NCBI GenBank assembly: GCA_001779595.1
Contig: MFKO01000008.1
Location: 86,869 to 150,868 of the forward strand
Direction of reading: 5' to 3'
DNA from: Candidatus Kaiserbacteria bacterium RIFCSPHIGHO2_01_FULL_46_22
GTDB taxonomy: Bacteria > Patescibacteriota > Minisyncoccia > Phycocordibacterales > UBA918
DNA length: 64,000 nt
A program made the translations under genes and the position numbers. The stretch's first letter is position 1, and every line of letters starts with the position of its first letter. The notes beneath the pieces were generated by a model that was not told the DNA's origin, did no database searches, and saw only the letters and a list, made by a program, of their open reading frames with translations. Positions 1 to 6,718 of the stretch are shown here, in pieces.

Positions 1-1002
1 CAGCTGAAGAGTTTGGCGACGTTCTTCGTCAGTCGGTGTAACCGGCACAAGATCCTCTATATTGACGTTCTTTCGTACGTCGAGATTGGTCATGAAACTA
101 ATAATCTTGCGCGTGCTGCCGAGAGCCTCTACGAACAATTTCGAAGATGTTGCTTGATCTGTCTGTGACAAAGTCGAAGCCGCATCGACTTTGGTCTTTA
201 CATCAGACAAACGACGATCGATATCGTCCTTCTCCTCAGATGAAATTACGCCATTCAAGCTGTTGAAATACTCGTAAGCACGGGTAGTTTCTGCTTCTAG
301 ACGAGCTTGCAACTTTTGATTGGAGATAATTTCACTATCTCCATGATTAACTCTGAGCTTTGCCTCATTAACAGCTGTCGCCAAAGCTGAAGACGGTGAA
401 GTTCCCGACGCTTCGCGCTTTACTAGTACTTCAGACTGTACTTCAAGTGCCGAAGATAAGTTTATCTCAGCCAAGGCAGCGTCATCGCTGTCACTCTTTC
501 TTATATCAGCAATACTTTGCTCAGCTGCCTCGCTGTGTTGTTTGATTGCACGCGCTACCTCTGCTTCCGCATCCGGAGTGAGCATACCGGCATCAGCTAG
601 CAAGTTGGCCTCAGCTAAACGACGTTCGAGACGTTCAGTTTCCCACTCAATCTTTTCGTACGGCGAAGAAACGAGCGCCCCACGTACCTCTTCATTAAAA
701 CGTAGCTTTACTGGATATAAAATTTCTCCTGGTAAAGCCTTCTCTGCTAGGGCCGGCACTATTACAAAACAAAACACCAAGGAAGCGCTGGCGATTTTGC
801 CAATCATCCAGCCATTCCATGCTGACAAACGCATAGCCAGCGATCGTGCACGAGAAGATTCTTGTACAAAACTACTTGTACTCTCTGAAAGCGGATGGTA
901 CTCCATATACGCCAAAAGACGCTGACGTAACTCATGCTTTTCATCAGACCGCAAACGAATGCTGTCGGCTTTCTTTTTTAGTTGTTCGGAAAATTTCTTC
1001 AT
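1..1002 (-). CDS. Putative anti-sigma factor, partial. The ORF runs off the left edge of the window. The product has a single TM segment and a long coiled-coil C-terminal domain.
   Basis: Manual minus-strand translation from an ATG (cat at 1000-1002) gives MKKFSEQLKKKADS...WMIGKIASASLVFCFVIVPALA... with no stop before the window edge. This ORF is absent from the track. It starts 3 bp downstream of the ECF sigma gene stop, which is the classic sigma/anti-sigma arrangement. Confidence 0.45.
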   Translation of the reverse strand, partial: MKKFSEQLKKKADSIRLRSDEKHELRQRLLAYMEYHPLSESTSSFVQESSRARSLAMRLSAWNGWMIGKIASASLVFCFVIVPALAEKALPGEILYPVKLRFNEEVRGALVSSPYEKIEWETERLERRLAEANLLADAGMLTPDAEAEVARAIKQHSEAAEQSIADIRKSDSDDAALAEINLSSALEVQSEVLVKREASGTSPSSALATAVNEAKLRVNHGDSEIISNQKLQARLEAETTRAYEYFNSLNGVISSEEKDDIDRRLSDVKTKVDAASTLSQTDQATSSKLFVEALGSTRKIISFMTNLDVRKNVNIEDLVPVTPTDEERRQTLQL

Positions 1003-1004
1003 CT

Positions 1005-1616
1005 CTATAGTAAATTTCGTTCTTGCTCTAGTTTGACTCGACCTGCTTGATCTCCTGCCTCGATCGCGGCCCGTAGGGCCCTGAGAGCTCTGTGTAGGCG
1101 CACCGACACCACGTTCTCCGTTTCCTCTATCAGTTCAGCAATCTCTTTTGGTCCTAACCCGTCTACGAAGCGTAGCGTCACAACTTCACGGTATTCATCA
1201 GGCAGACTATCCAGCAATTCAAAGGCCTGACGACCATCCAGCGTTGCTGCAATTGACTCTGTCTTGTCATCGATCAATTCATCAAAAGAACCTTCGTTCA
1301 CCCCCTCTATCGCAAGCAACGCATCCAACGATGACTCACGACGTTTTCGGTATTCATCAACTATTAAGTTGTTGAGTACCTTATATAAAAATGGGCGAAA
1401 GGACTCTATCTCGTGACCGGAGCGCAAATATGACCAGACTTTGGTATATGTGTCATGCACCAGGTCTATTGCGCGCTCACGGTCACTGACGCGAATAAAC
1501 GCGTGACGGAATAGGGCGTCCCCATATTCTTCAAATGCTGCCAGAAAGCGCTCCTCCCCGCTTGCGCGGTCGGACTGACTTCCACCTATGTTGCCTTTTT
1601 TACTAGGACCAACCAT
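1005..1616 (-). CDS. RNA polymerase sigma factor, ECF (sigma-24) subfamily
   Basis: The region-2 motif LYKVLNNLIVDEYRKRR and the region-4 HTH VVTLRFVDGLGPKEIAELIEETENVVSVRLHRALRAL are present. The track ORF 1005..1703 begins with TTG. The in-frame ATG (MVGPSKK) at 1616 gives a typical ~200 aa ECF sigma. Confidence 0.85.
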   Translation of the reverse strand: MVGPSKKGNIGGSQSDRASGEERFLAAFEEYGDALFRHAFIRVSDRERAIDLVHDTYTKVWSYLRSGHEIESFRPFLYKVLNNLIVDEYRKRRESSLDALLAIEGVNEGSFDELIDDKTESIAATLDGRQAFELLDSLPDEYREVVTLRFVDGLGPKEIAELIEETENVVSVRLHRALRALRAAIEAGDQAGRVKLEQERNLL

Positions 1617-1719
1617 GTGGAAACCATTATATCCAAAGACGTACCAAATGCCGATGTCTTTCACGCACTCCCTATACCTCGACACTTTATTACCAAGAGG
1701 CAAATTGATACACTGGGGT

Positions 1720-2112
1720 ATGAATTTTTATATTGCGACACGGTTCAGTAACGAGGACTTCAGACAGCAAGCGTTGGAAATTAAGGATAAATTGGAGGCA
1801 GCCGGCCATAAGATGACGTTTGATTGGATGAATGGCAAGACACTCAAACCCTATTCTGAAAATGTCGAAATCACCCGCGAGGCTTCACAAATGGCTTTAA
1901 ATGGAGCTTTAGAGGCAGACCTATTCATTTTGATACCGGAACCTGGCGGCACCGGCATGTATGTGGAATTTGGAGCGGCGTTAGCCAAGAGCTTGACTGA
2001 CAAAAACCTTAGGATATATCTTCTGGGTCCATACAAGGACTACGTATTGTTCAATTATCACCCGTCTGTAGTTTGGAAAGACAGTATCGAAGAAATTTTG
2101 GCCGAAATATAG
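1720..2112 (+). CDS. Nucleoside 2-deoxyribosyltransferase-like protein
   Basis: The pattern FYIATRF...DLFILIPEPGGTGMYVEFGAALAKS resembles the NDT family (PF05014) motif. The track ORF 1588..2112 overlaps the sigma gene, and the internal Met at about 1720 (MNFYIA) is the likely start. Confidence 0.45.
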   Translation: MNFYIATRFSNEDFRQQALEIKDKLEAAGHKMTFDWMNGKTLKPYSENVEITREASQMALNGALEADLFILIPEPGGTGMYVEFGAALAKSLTDKNLRIYLLGPYKDYVLFNYHPSVVWKDSIEEILAEI

Positions 2113-2193
2113 ATATTAAGATCTCGCAATTTTTTCTCTACAATGCTATGATCTTAGCCGTAAATGGGTGTTTACTGATTCAGTGACTCATTT

Positions 2194-2265
2194 CGGGGCG
2201 TAGCATAGTGGTAGTGTTCTCGGTTTGGGACCGAGTGGTCCGAGTTCGATTCTCGGCGCCCCGAC
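2194..2265 (+). tRNA. tRNA-Pro (anticodon TGG). No 3' CCA is encoded.
   Basis: A cloverleaf was read by eye. The acceptor stem is cggggcg/cgccccg, the D-stem is agca/tgtt, and the anticodon stem ctcgg/ccgag carries loop tttggga. The T-arm is ccgag-ttcgatt-ctcgg. Confidence 0.8.
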
Positions 2266-2292
2266 TAGATTCAGCTTACAAAAGTAAGTATA

Positions 2293-2329
2293 AAAGACCG
2301 GCTGTCCTTTAAAGGACAGCCGGTCTTTT
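2293..2329. terminator. Bidirectional rho-independent terminator hairpin (aaagaccggctgtccttt/aaaggacagccggtcttt)
   Basis: A perfect 18-bp inverted repeat flanked by A/T runs lies between tRNA-Pro (+) and the convergent minus-strand YraN-like gene. Confidence 0.6.
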
Positions 2330-2342
2330 ATAAAGGACACCC

Positions 2343-2789
2343 CTATTCTGCTATCACGTTGGGTATATATTTCACCGTTGCGTACTTTTCACGGGGAACC
2401 ATCCGCACGGCTATCACGTCAATTTGTATCCCTCCGTCCCAATTATGCTCAAAGGCCCATGTTTCTAAAGTCTTTCTTATCTGATTTAGCTTGAAACTGT
2501 GAACTAACTCCTCTGGGCGGTAAGTTTCATGTGAAACTGCCCACTCCAGCATCTGCTTGGTTTCATATGAAACGCTTTTGATCTCCACAAAGTGCACTAT
2601 TTCCAATGTTTCATATGAAACATTGGCGTTTGGCTCACTATTCCCTGTTCCACGTGCAACAATATCTATTTCACCCCACTTTTTTCGATAGTTACGCTCA
2701 ATTATAGAAAAACCCTTGTTTTTGAGGTATTTTGCAGCAATTTCTTCACCTAAGTCCCCTGTTTTCTTATTTCCTTGTTTTTTGGGCAT
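2343..2789 (-). CDS. YraN/UPF0102-family endonuclease-like protein. Its coding sequence contains three copies of a 14-bp palindrome.
   Basis: The N-terminus GDLGEEIAAKYLKNKGFSIIERNYRKKWGEIDIVAR...FVEIK matches the YraN/UPF0102 signature. It starts at an ATG. Confidence 0.6.
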   Translation of the reverse strand: MPKKQGNKKTGDLGEEIAAKYLKNKGFSIIERNYRKKWGEIDIVARGTGNSEPNANVSYETLEIVHFVEIKSVSYETKQMLEWAVSHETYRPEELVHSFKLNQIRKTLETWAFEHNWDGGIQIDVIAVRMVPREKYATVKYIPNVIAE

Positions 2790-2873
2790 GTTTTGCTAAT
2801 TATAGCCTGGTGTTACAGCAGTCAAGGCAAATGTTTCATATGAAACGCTCCAATCTGATGTTTCACGTGAAAC
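2524..2873. repeat. Five copies of the palindrome GTTTCAYRTGAAAC. Three lie inside the YraN-like CDS (2524-2537, 2570-2583, 2608-2621) and two lie in its upstream region (2833-2846, 2860-2873).
   Basis: The copies were read directly: gtttcatgtgaaac, gtttcatatgaaac (x3) and gtttcacgtgaaac. Two of them extend to aatgtttcatatgaaacatt and atgtttcacgtgaaacat. Confidence 0.85.
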
Positions 2874-3278
2874 ATATCATCCTTTCAGCATTTTTGATAA
2901 AAGTCAAAAAAGACACCATTGTTAGCCATATTTCAAGATTTTCGAGACAAATTTGACTGTCCCTTATCCACCTATCCACTTATTTATCCCCTTCGCGGCT
3001 TTGACTGAAGCCTGACCCTTAACTGTGTATAACTGGACTGTTTTGCTAGGGTGCAAGGGGGTTTTGCCTACAGCTTATAAGTTTACTGGTAGGGAAGTGT
3101 GTCTTTTAGAACAGGGTTCGGAGAGAATCGACCCAGAATCGCGGCTGTTTTGTGTCGCTTCGCTCATAAAACAGGCTCGCGTTCTTGGTCGGCAGCTCGG
3201 GTTTTTGTTCGCTTTGAAAGCTCACAGAAACAACCTGCGGCGCTTCGATTCTCTACGCAAGAGCCTCAATGGCTCTTG

Positions 3279-3342
3279 CTCTGGCCGCACAGAATACAAA
3301 AAGACGCCCTGAGGCGTCTTTTTGTATTCTGTGCGGCCAGAG
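3279..3342. terminator. A 30-bp perfect hairpin with loop ctga whose right arm is the 3' acceptor end of tRNA-Gly. It is likely the tRNA terminator or a processing element.
   Basis: The sequence is ctctggccgcacagaatacaaaaagacgcc-ctga-ggcgtctttttgtattctgtgcggccagag, and the reverse complement of the left arm equals the right arm exactly. Confidence 0.6.
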
Positions 3343-3402
3343 AGAATCGAACTCTCGACCTATCGTTGGCAACGATATGTTATACCACTTAACCATGGCC
3401 GC
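3332..3402 (-). tRNA. tRNA-Gly (anticodon GCC). No 3' CCA is encoded.
   Basis: The reverse complement gives gcggcca-tg-gtt aagtggtat aac-a-tatcg ttgccaa cgata-ggtc-gagag ttcgatt ctctc-tggccgc-a. The anticodon loop ttGCCaa was read by eye. Confidence 0.8.
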
Positions 3403-3416
3403 AACCGCAATTGAGC

Positions 3417-3953
3417 TCAACCATTTAATACTATTCGGGGCAAACGGTCAATCCACACCAATAGCTTTTTTTTGGCTACAGCCTCATTAACGATGGTGAG
3501 ATGGGGCTTGGAGTAGATTTCTGTCCGTTCCATACCAAGAAACTCATTCAAAAATCGTTTGAAAATCTTGTGGATAGAAGTTCTCTGGTTTGGTAAGCGA
3601 ATCTGCGTGGGGTGAATCAAGTCACCATCAGCTATATAAATCGCTAGGCCCGTCAGAAAAAGGGGAGACGCCTTAAAGTGTTTGAACTCTGTCTCAGCAC
3701 TCTTGATGGCTTCTTTGTATCGACTGGAGCGCTCTGCATTGCGAGCCTTATTCACGAGCGAGACCCGCTTTACGTTGTCTCGACGAGCTTTTAGTTCGTT
3801 ATCCTTGCGAACTTTCTTGGAAAAGGATTGCTTGCCAAACCAATTGCTTACAGTAGCTTTAGATATACCAACAATCTTAGATATTTCAGAGTAAGTAAAG
3901 CCTCGCTGCCGAAATTCCTTTGCTTTTAGGTACTTTTCTTTGTTTTGAACCAT
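3417..3953 (-). CDS. Hypothetical protein with an N-terminal HTH and a C-terminal LAGLIDADG-like motif. It may be a homing-endonuclease-like or degenerate derivative.
   Basis: An HTH-like segment GFTYSEISKIVGISKATVSNWF is present. The C-terminal segment SPLFLTGLAIYIADGDL resembles the LAGLIDADG motif. The gene sits between tRNA-Gly and tRNA-Arg and starts at an ATG. Confidence 0.45.
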   Translation of the reverse strand: MVQNKEKYLKAKEFRQRGFTYSEISKIVGISKATVSNWFGKQSFSKKVRKDNELKARRDNVKRVSLVNKARNAERSSRYKEAIKSAETEFKHFKASPLFLTGLAIYIADGDLIHPTQIRLPNQRTSIHKIFKRFLNEFLGMERTEIYSKPHLTIVNEAVAKKKLLVWIDRLPRIVLNG

Positions 3954-4060
3954 AGAGTGAATATATTATATACATAAACGACGGTTCAATTCAGAGTTAT
4001 CAACAACGATCTCCGGAGCTTCGAGTCCTGACGCAACAGTACGCAGGTACTGTTGTTGTG

Positions 4061-4114
4061 GGCGCACATATAAAAATCGGCGGGCATATGCCCGCCGATT
4101 TTTATATGTGCGCC
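4061..4114. terminator. A 54-nt perfect palindrome centred on atat. Its right end overlaps the 3' acceptor nucleotides of tRNA-Arg.
   Basis: The sequence ggcgcacatataaaaatcggcgggc-atat-gcccgccgatttttatatgtgcgcc was read directly. Confidence 0.6.
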
Positions 4115-4180
4115 TGGCAGGACTCGAACCTACAATAACTGATCCGAAGTCAGTTGTGATATCCATTTCACTACAAGCGC
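4109..4180 (-). tRNA. tRNA-Arg (anticodon TCG). No 3' CCA is encoded.
   Basis: The reverse complement gives gcgcttg-ta-gtga aatggata tcac-a-actga cttcgga tcagt-tattg-taggt tcgagtc ctgcc?-caggcgc-a. The anticodon loop cTTCGGa and the acceptor stem (one G-U pair) were read by eye. Confidence 0.75.
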
Positions 4181-4290
4181 GAGTGTTAACGATACATTGC
4201 ATCCAATATGAATCTCACACCGATGCAATGTGCGCTTATCATACGTCACAAAGGCGAAAACGCAACGTTAATTTGCTAGAATGAAACACA

Positions 4291-5763
4291 ATGATAATCC
4301 GCGAGGAAATACCAAAAGAAGTCGGGGATGTGGCCGATATTCTAGAGAATGCTGGCTTTGAAGCATATCTAGTGGGCGGGTGTGTGCGTGACCTTCTACT
4401 AAATCGTGCGCCTAAAGATTGGGATCTCACTACCAACGCTAAACCAGAAGAGATTCAAGCGCTTTTTCCTGAAACCTACTGCAATAACGACTACGGCACA
4501 GTTGGTGTTGTGAACGGGGAGACAGACGACCTTCGACTCAAGGTCGTGGAGGTAACGCCTTACCGCAGTGAGAGCGAATATTCGGATCGTAGACGGCCAG
4601 ATAAGGTTGAATTCGGAGTATCTCTTGAAGAGGACTTAAAAAGACGCGATTTCACCATCAACGCCTTGGCCTATCGCATAAGCGACCAGAAATTTGTAGA
4701 TCTGTTTGACGGGGAAGGGGATTTGCGCAAAAAACGTCTTAAAACCGTTGGAAATCCGGACGAACGTTTTGGAGAAGACGCTTTGCGAATGATGCGTGCT
4801 GTGCGCTTGTCTGCAGAATTGAATTTCGCCATTGAAGCTGAGACGATGACCTCCGTGGCAAAAAACGCCGACCTTCTCAGTCATATTTCGATCGAACGAA
4901 TCCGTGACGAATTCCTTCGTGTCATCAACTCCAACAATCCCATGCTAGGCGTCGCAATGCTTGAGAAGCTAGGTCTTTTAAAACACATTTTGCCAGAACT
5001 CAGGGAGTCTATTGGCTGCGAACAAGGCGGCATACACGCCTACGATGTGTACGAACACCTCTTACGATCCCTTCAGGCGGCTGCAGACAAGAACTATTCG
5101 ACCGAAATGCGTCTAGCAGCGCTCCTGCACGACATCGCCAAGCCGGCCACTAGGCGTGAGGGTGGCAAAAATAAGCGCTATTCCTTTTTTGGCCATGAAG
5201 TAGTGGGTGCTCGTATGACCGCCAAGATAATGAAACGCTTGAAAATGCCTACGGAAATGGCTAATAAAGTCGAAATGTTGGTGCGTTGGCACATGTTCTT
5301 CTCAGACCCTGACGCCATTACCTTGTCAGCTGTTCGTCGGACAATTGCTAGGGTGGGGGAGGAAAATATGGAAGATCTGCTAAATCTGCGAGTTTGCGAC
5401 CGGGTTGGCACTGGCCGACCTAAAGAGCAACCTTTCCGCTTCCGTAAATACAAGGCCATGGTAGATCAGGCTCGTCGCGATCCGGTATCTGTAAAAATGT
5501 TAAAGACTGATGGGGATAAAATCATGGTACAAACTGGGGAAAAGCCGGGTAAAAAGCTGGGATATATACTGCACGCACTATTGGAAGAGGTTTTGCAAGA
5601 TCCGGCTAGAAATACCGATGAATACTTGGACGGTCGGGTCGCTGAATTAATCAAATTGGACGAAAATAGCCTTAAAAAGCTGGGTGAAGCTGGAAAGGAG
5701 CGGCAACTGGCTGAGGAAGAGGCCGCCATTAAGGAGATCGAAAGGAGTCATAAGGTCGGGTAA
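4291..5763 (+). CDS. cca: CCA-adding enzyme (tRNA nucleotidyltransferase with an HD domain)
   Basis: The Pol-beta-type NTase head GGCVRDLLLNRAPKDWDLTT...RRDFTINAL and the HD motif LLHDIAKP are present. The start is an ATG. This fits the tRNAs here lacking an encoded CCA. Confidence 0.85.
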   Translation: MIIREEIPKEVGDVADILENAGFEAYLVGGCVRDLLLNRAPKDWDLTTNAKPEEIQALFPETYCNNDYGTVGVVNGETDDLRLKVVEVTPYRSESEYSDRRRPDKVEFGVSLEEDLKRRDFTINALAYRISDQKFVDLFDGEGDLRKKRLKTVGNPDERFGEDALRMMRAVRLSAELNFAIEAETMTSVAKNADLLSHISIERIRDEFLRVINSNNPMLGVAMLEKLGLLKHILPELRESIGCEQGGIHAYDVYEHLLRSLQAAADKNYSTEMRLAALLHDIAKPATRREGGKNKRYSFFGHEVVGARMTAKIMKRLKMPTEMANKVEMLVRWHMFFSDPDAITLSAVRRTIARVGEENMEDLLNLRVCDRVGTGRPKEQPFRFRKYKAMVDQARRDPVSVKMLKTDGDKIMVQTGEKPGKKLGYILHALLEEVLQDPARNTDEYLDGRVAELIKLDENSLKKLGEAGKERQLAEEEAAIKEIERSHKVG

Positions 5764-5819
5764 TAGAAAGCCACCAGAGTTCTGGTGGCTTTTGCCATAA
5801 ATTAATGGCTAAGGGCAAT

Positions 5820-6140
5820 CTAGTGGCACTCTGCAGCTAAGTCGTTGAGGAAGGCGCTACGCTGCGCCTTTGTACTGCCTGCATTCACCTCGACATAGAA
5901 GGCAAAGACTTTGCCGACAAGCACGTTGCCGAGAAACAAACGGCCATTGGGGAAATGAGCTTCCCACAACCTGACCATTTCCTCTTCGGCAGGAAATCGT
6001 GTTTTCGGCCCAGCAGTTTTGATCAACCATCTGCCCGAGGGCTTATGGTATTCCATCGACAGTTCAACCTTACAGCGCACGGTGTACCTCCTCTTTGCGA
6101 AACAACCCGTAACACTACCTGAATAATGAAAAATGTCCAT
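5820..6140 (-). CDS. Hypothetical protein
   Basis: The track ORF 5820..6170 uses a TTG start. The in-frame ATG (MDIFHYSGS...) at 6140 is more plausible. No family was recognised. Confidence 0.4.
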   Translation of the reverse strand: MDIFHYSGSVTGCFAKRRYTVRCKVELSMEYHKPSGRWLIKTAGPKTRFPAEEEMVRLWEAHFPNGRLFLGNVLVGKVFAFYVEVNAGSTKAQRSAFLNDLAAECH

Positions 6141-6627
6141 TTCTGGCGGTAATAGTTTGGTCAGATACAAAAAAGGTCTGGAGGGGTGGAAAGAAGATCA
6201 ACATTTGATCATCTGCCTACCTCTCCAGACCTTGTGCACATCTCTCGACGTACAAAGAACGGATGGTTGAGCCCTTTTATAGCGGAGGCAATAGCCTCAA
6301 ATGGAACCCTCTATGGGGTGATCCTGCGCAGACCGGGTCTCTAACGTTGTACTTGTCTTGTGTATGTAGGAACCTATAGTAGGTTCCTTAAGAAATTCAC
6401 TATTTAGTATATTTTCGAGCACGCGAGCCGAAAGGAAGGGTCGAGTAGTCAACCACTCTTTGCGGCTCACAAGCCCAAAACGTGAATTCCTAATGAGTAT
6501 GGCTAAATACTCGTTGTGTGGGAATGTGTGTTATGAACGTTGTTAGATTTTGGAGGTCTAACTTATTTGTGAAACGATCTCTTTAGGACCTTGCGGTGCC
6601 CGCCCTTTCTGGACCTTCCACAATTCT

Positions 6628-6713
6628 ATGTCCTTTATAAAATAGTGTAAAGGACATAGTGTGTGGATAACTTCATAACTTGTCCTTTATAAAGGACAAG
6701 TTATGAAGTTATC
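6628..6713. terminator. Two consecutive perfect hairpins downstream of xth. Both are built on the core gtcctttataaaggac.
   Basis: The first is atgtccttta-taaaatagtg-taaaggacat. The second is ggataacttcataacttgtccttta-taaaggacaagttatgaagttatcc, a 24-bp stem. Confidence 0.6.
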
Positions 6714-6718
6714 CTTGA

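Noticed and set aside
542-925. Track ORF 542..925 (+), 127 aa, low-complexity Ser/Ala/Arg-rich
   Set aside because: It lies antisense to the long minus-strand anti-sigma-like ORF that occupies 1..1002. Its composition is typical of a spurious antisense frame.
1148-1375. Track ORFs 1148..1375 (+) and the 5' extension 1588..1719 of ORF 1588..2112
   Set aside because: Both are embedded in or overlap the ECF sigma gene on the opposite strand. The extension also overlaps the sigma start. The internal ATG at about 1720 gives a non-overlapping NDT-like gene.
3025-3490. Track ORFs 3025..3312, 3099..3392, 3269..3490 (+) and 3966..4202 (-)
   Set aside because: They overlap the tRNA-Gly and tRNA-Arg genes and their perfect hairpins. 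They have no coding signature and the region is explained by RNA features.
6171-6660. RNase P RNA or tmRNA in the 490-bp ORF-free region
   Set aside because: I looked for the P4 GGAAAGUCCGG / ACAGAANCCGGCUUA pair and for a tRNA-like T-arm/CCA end. Only a weak GGAAGGUCC was found on the minus strand, which is not enough to call a known RNA family.
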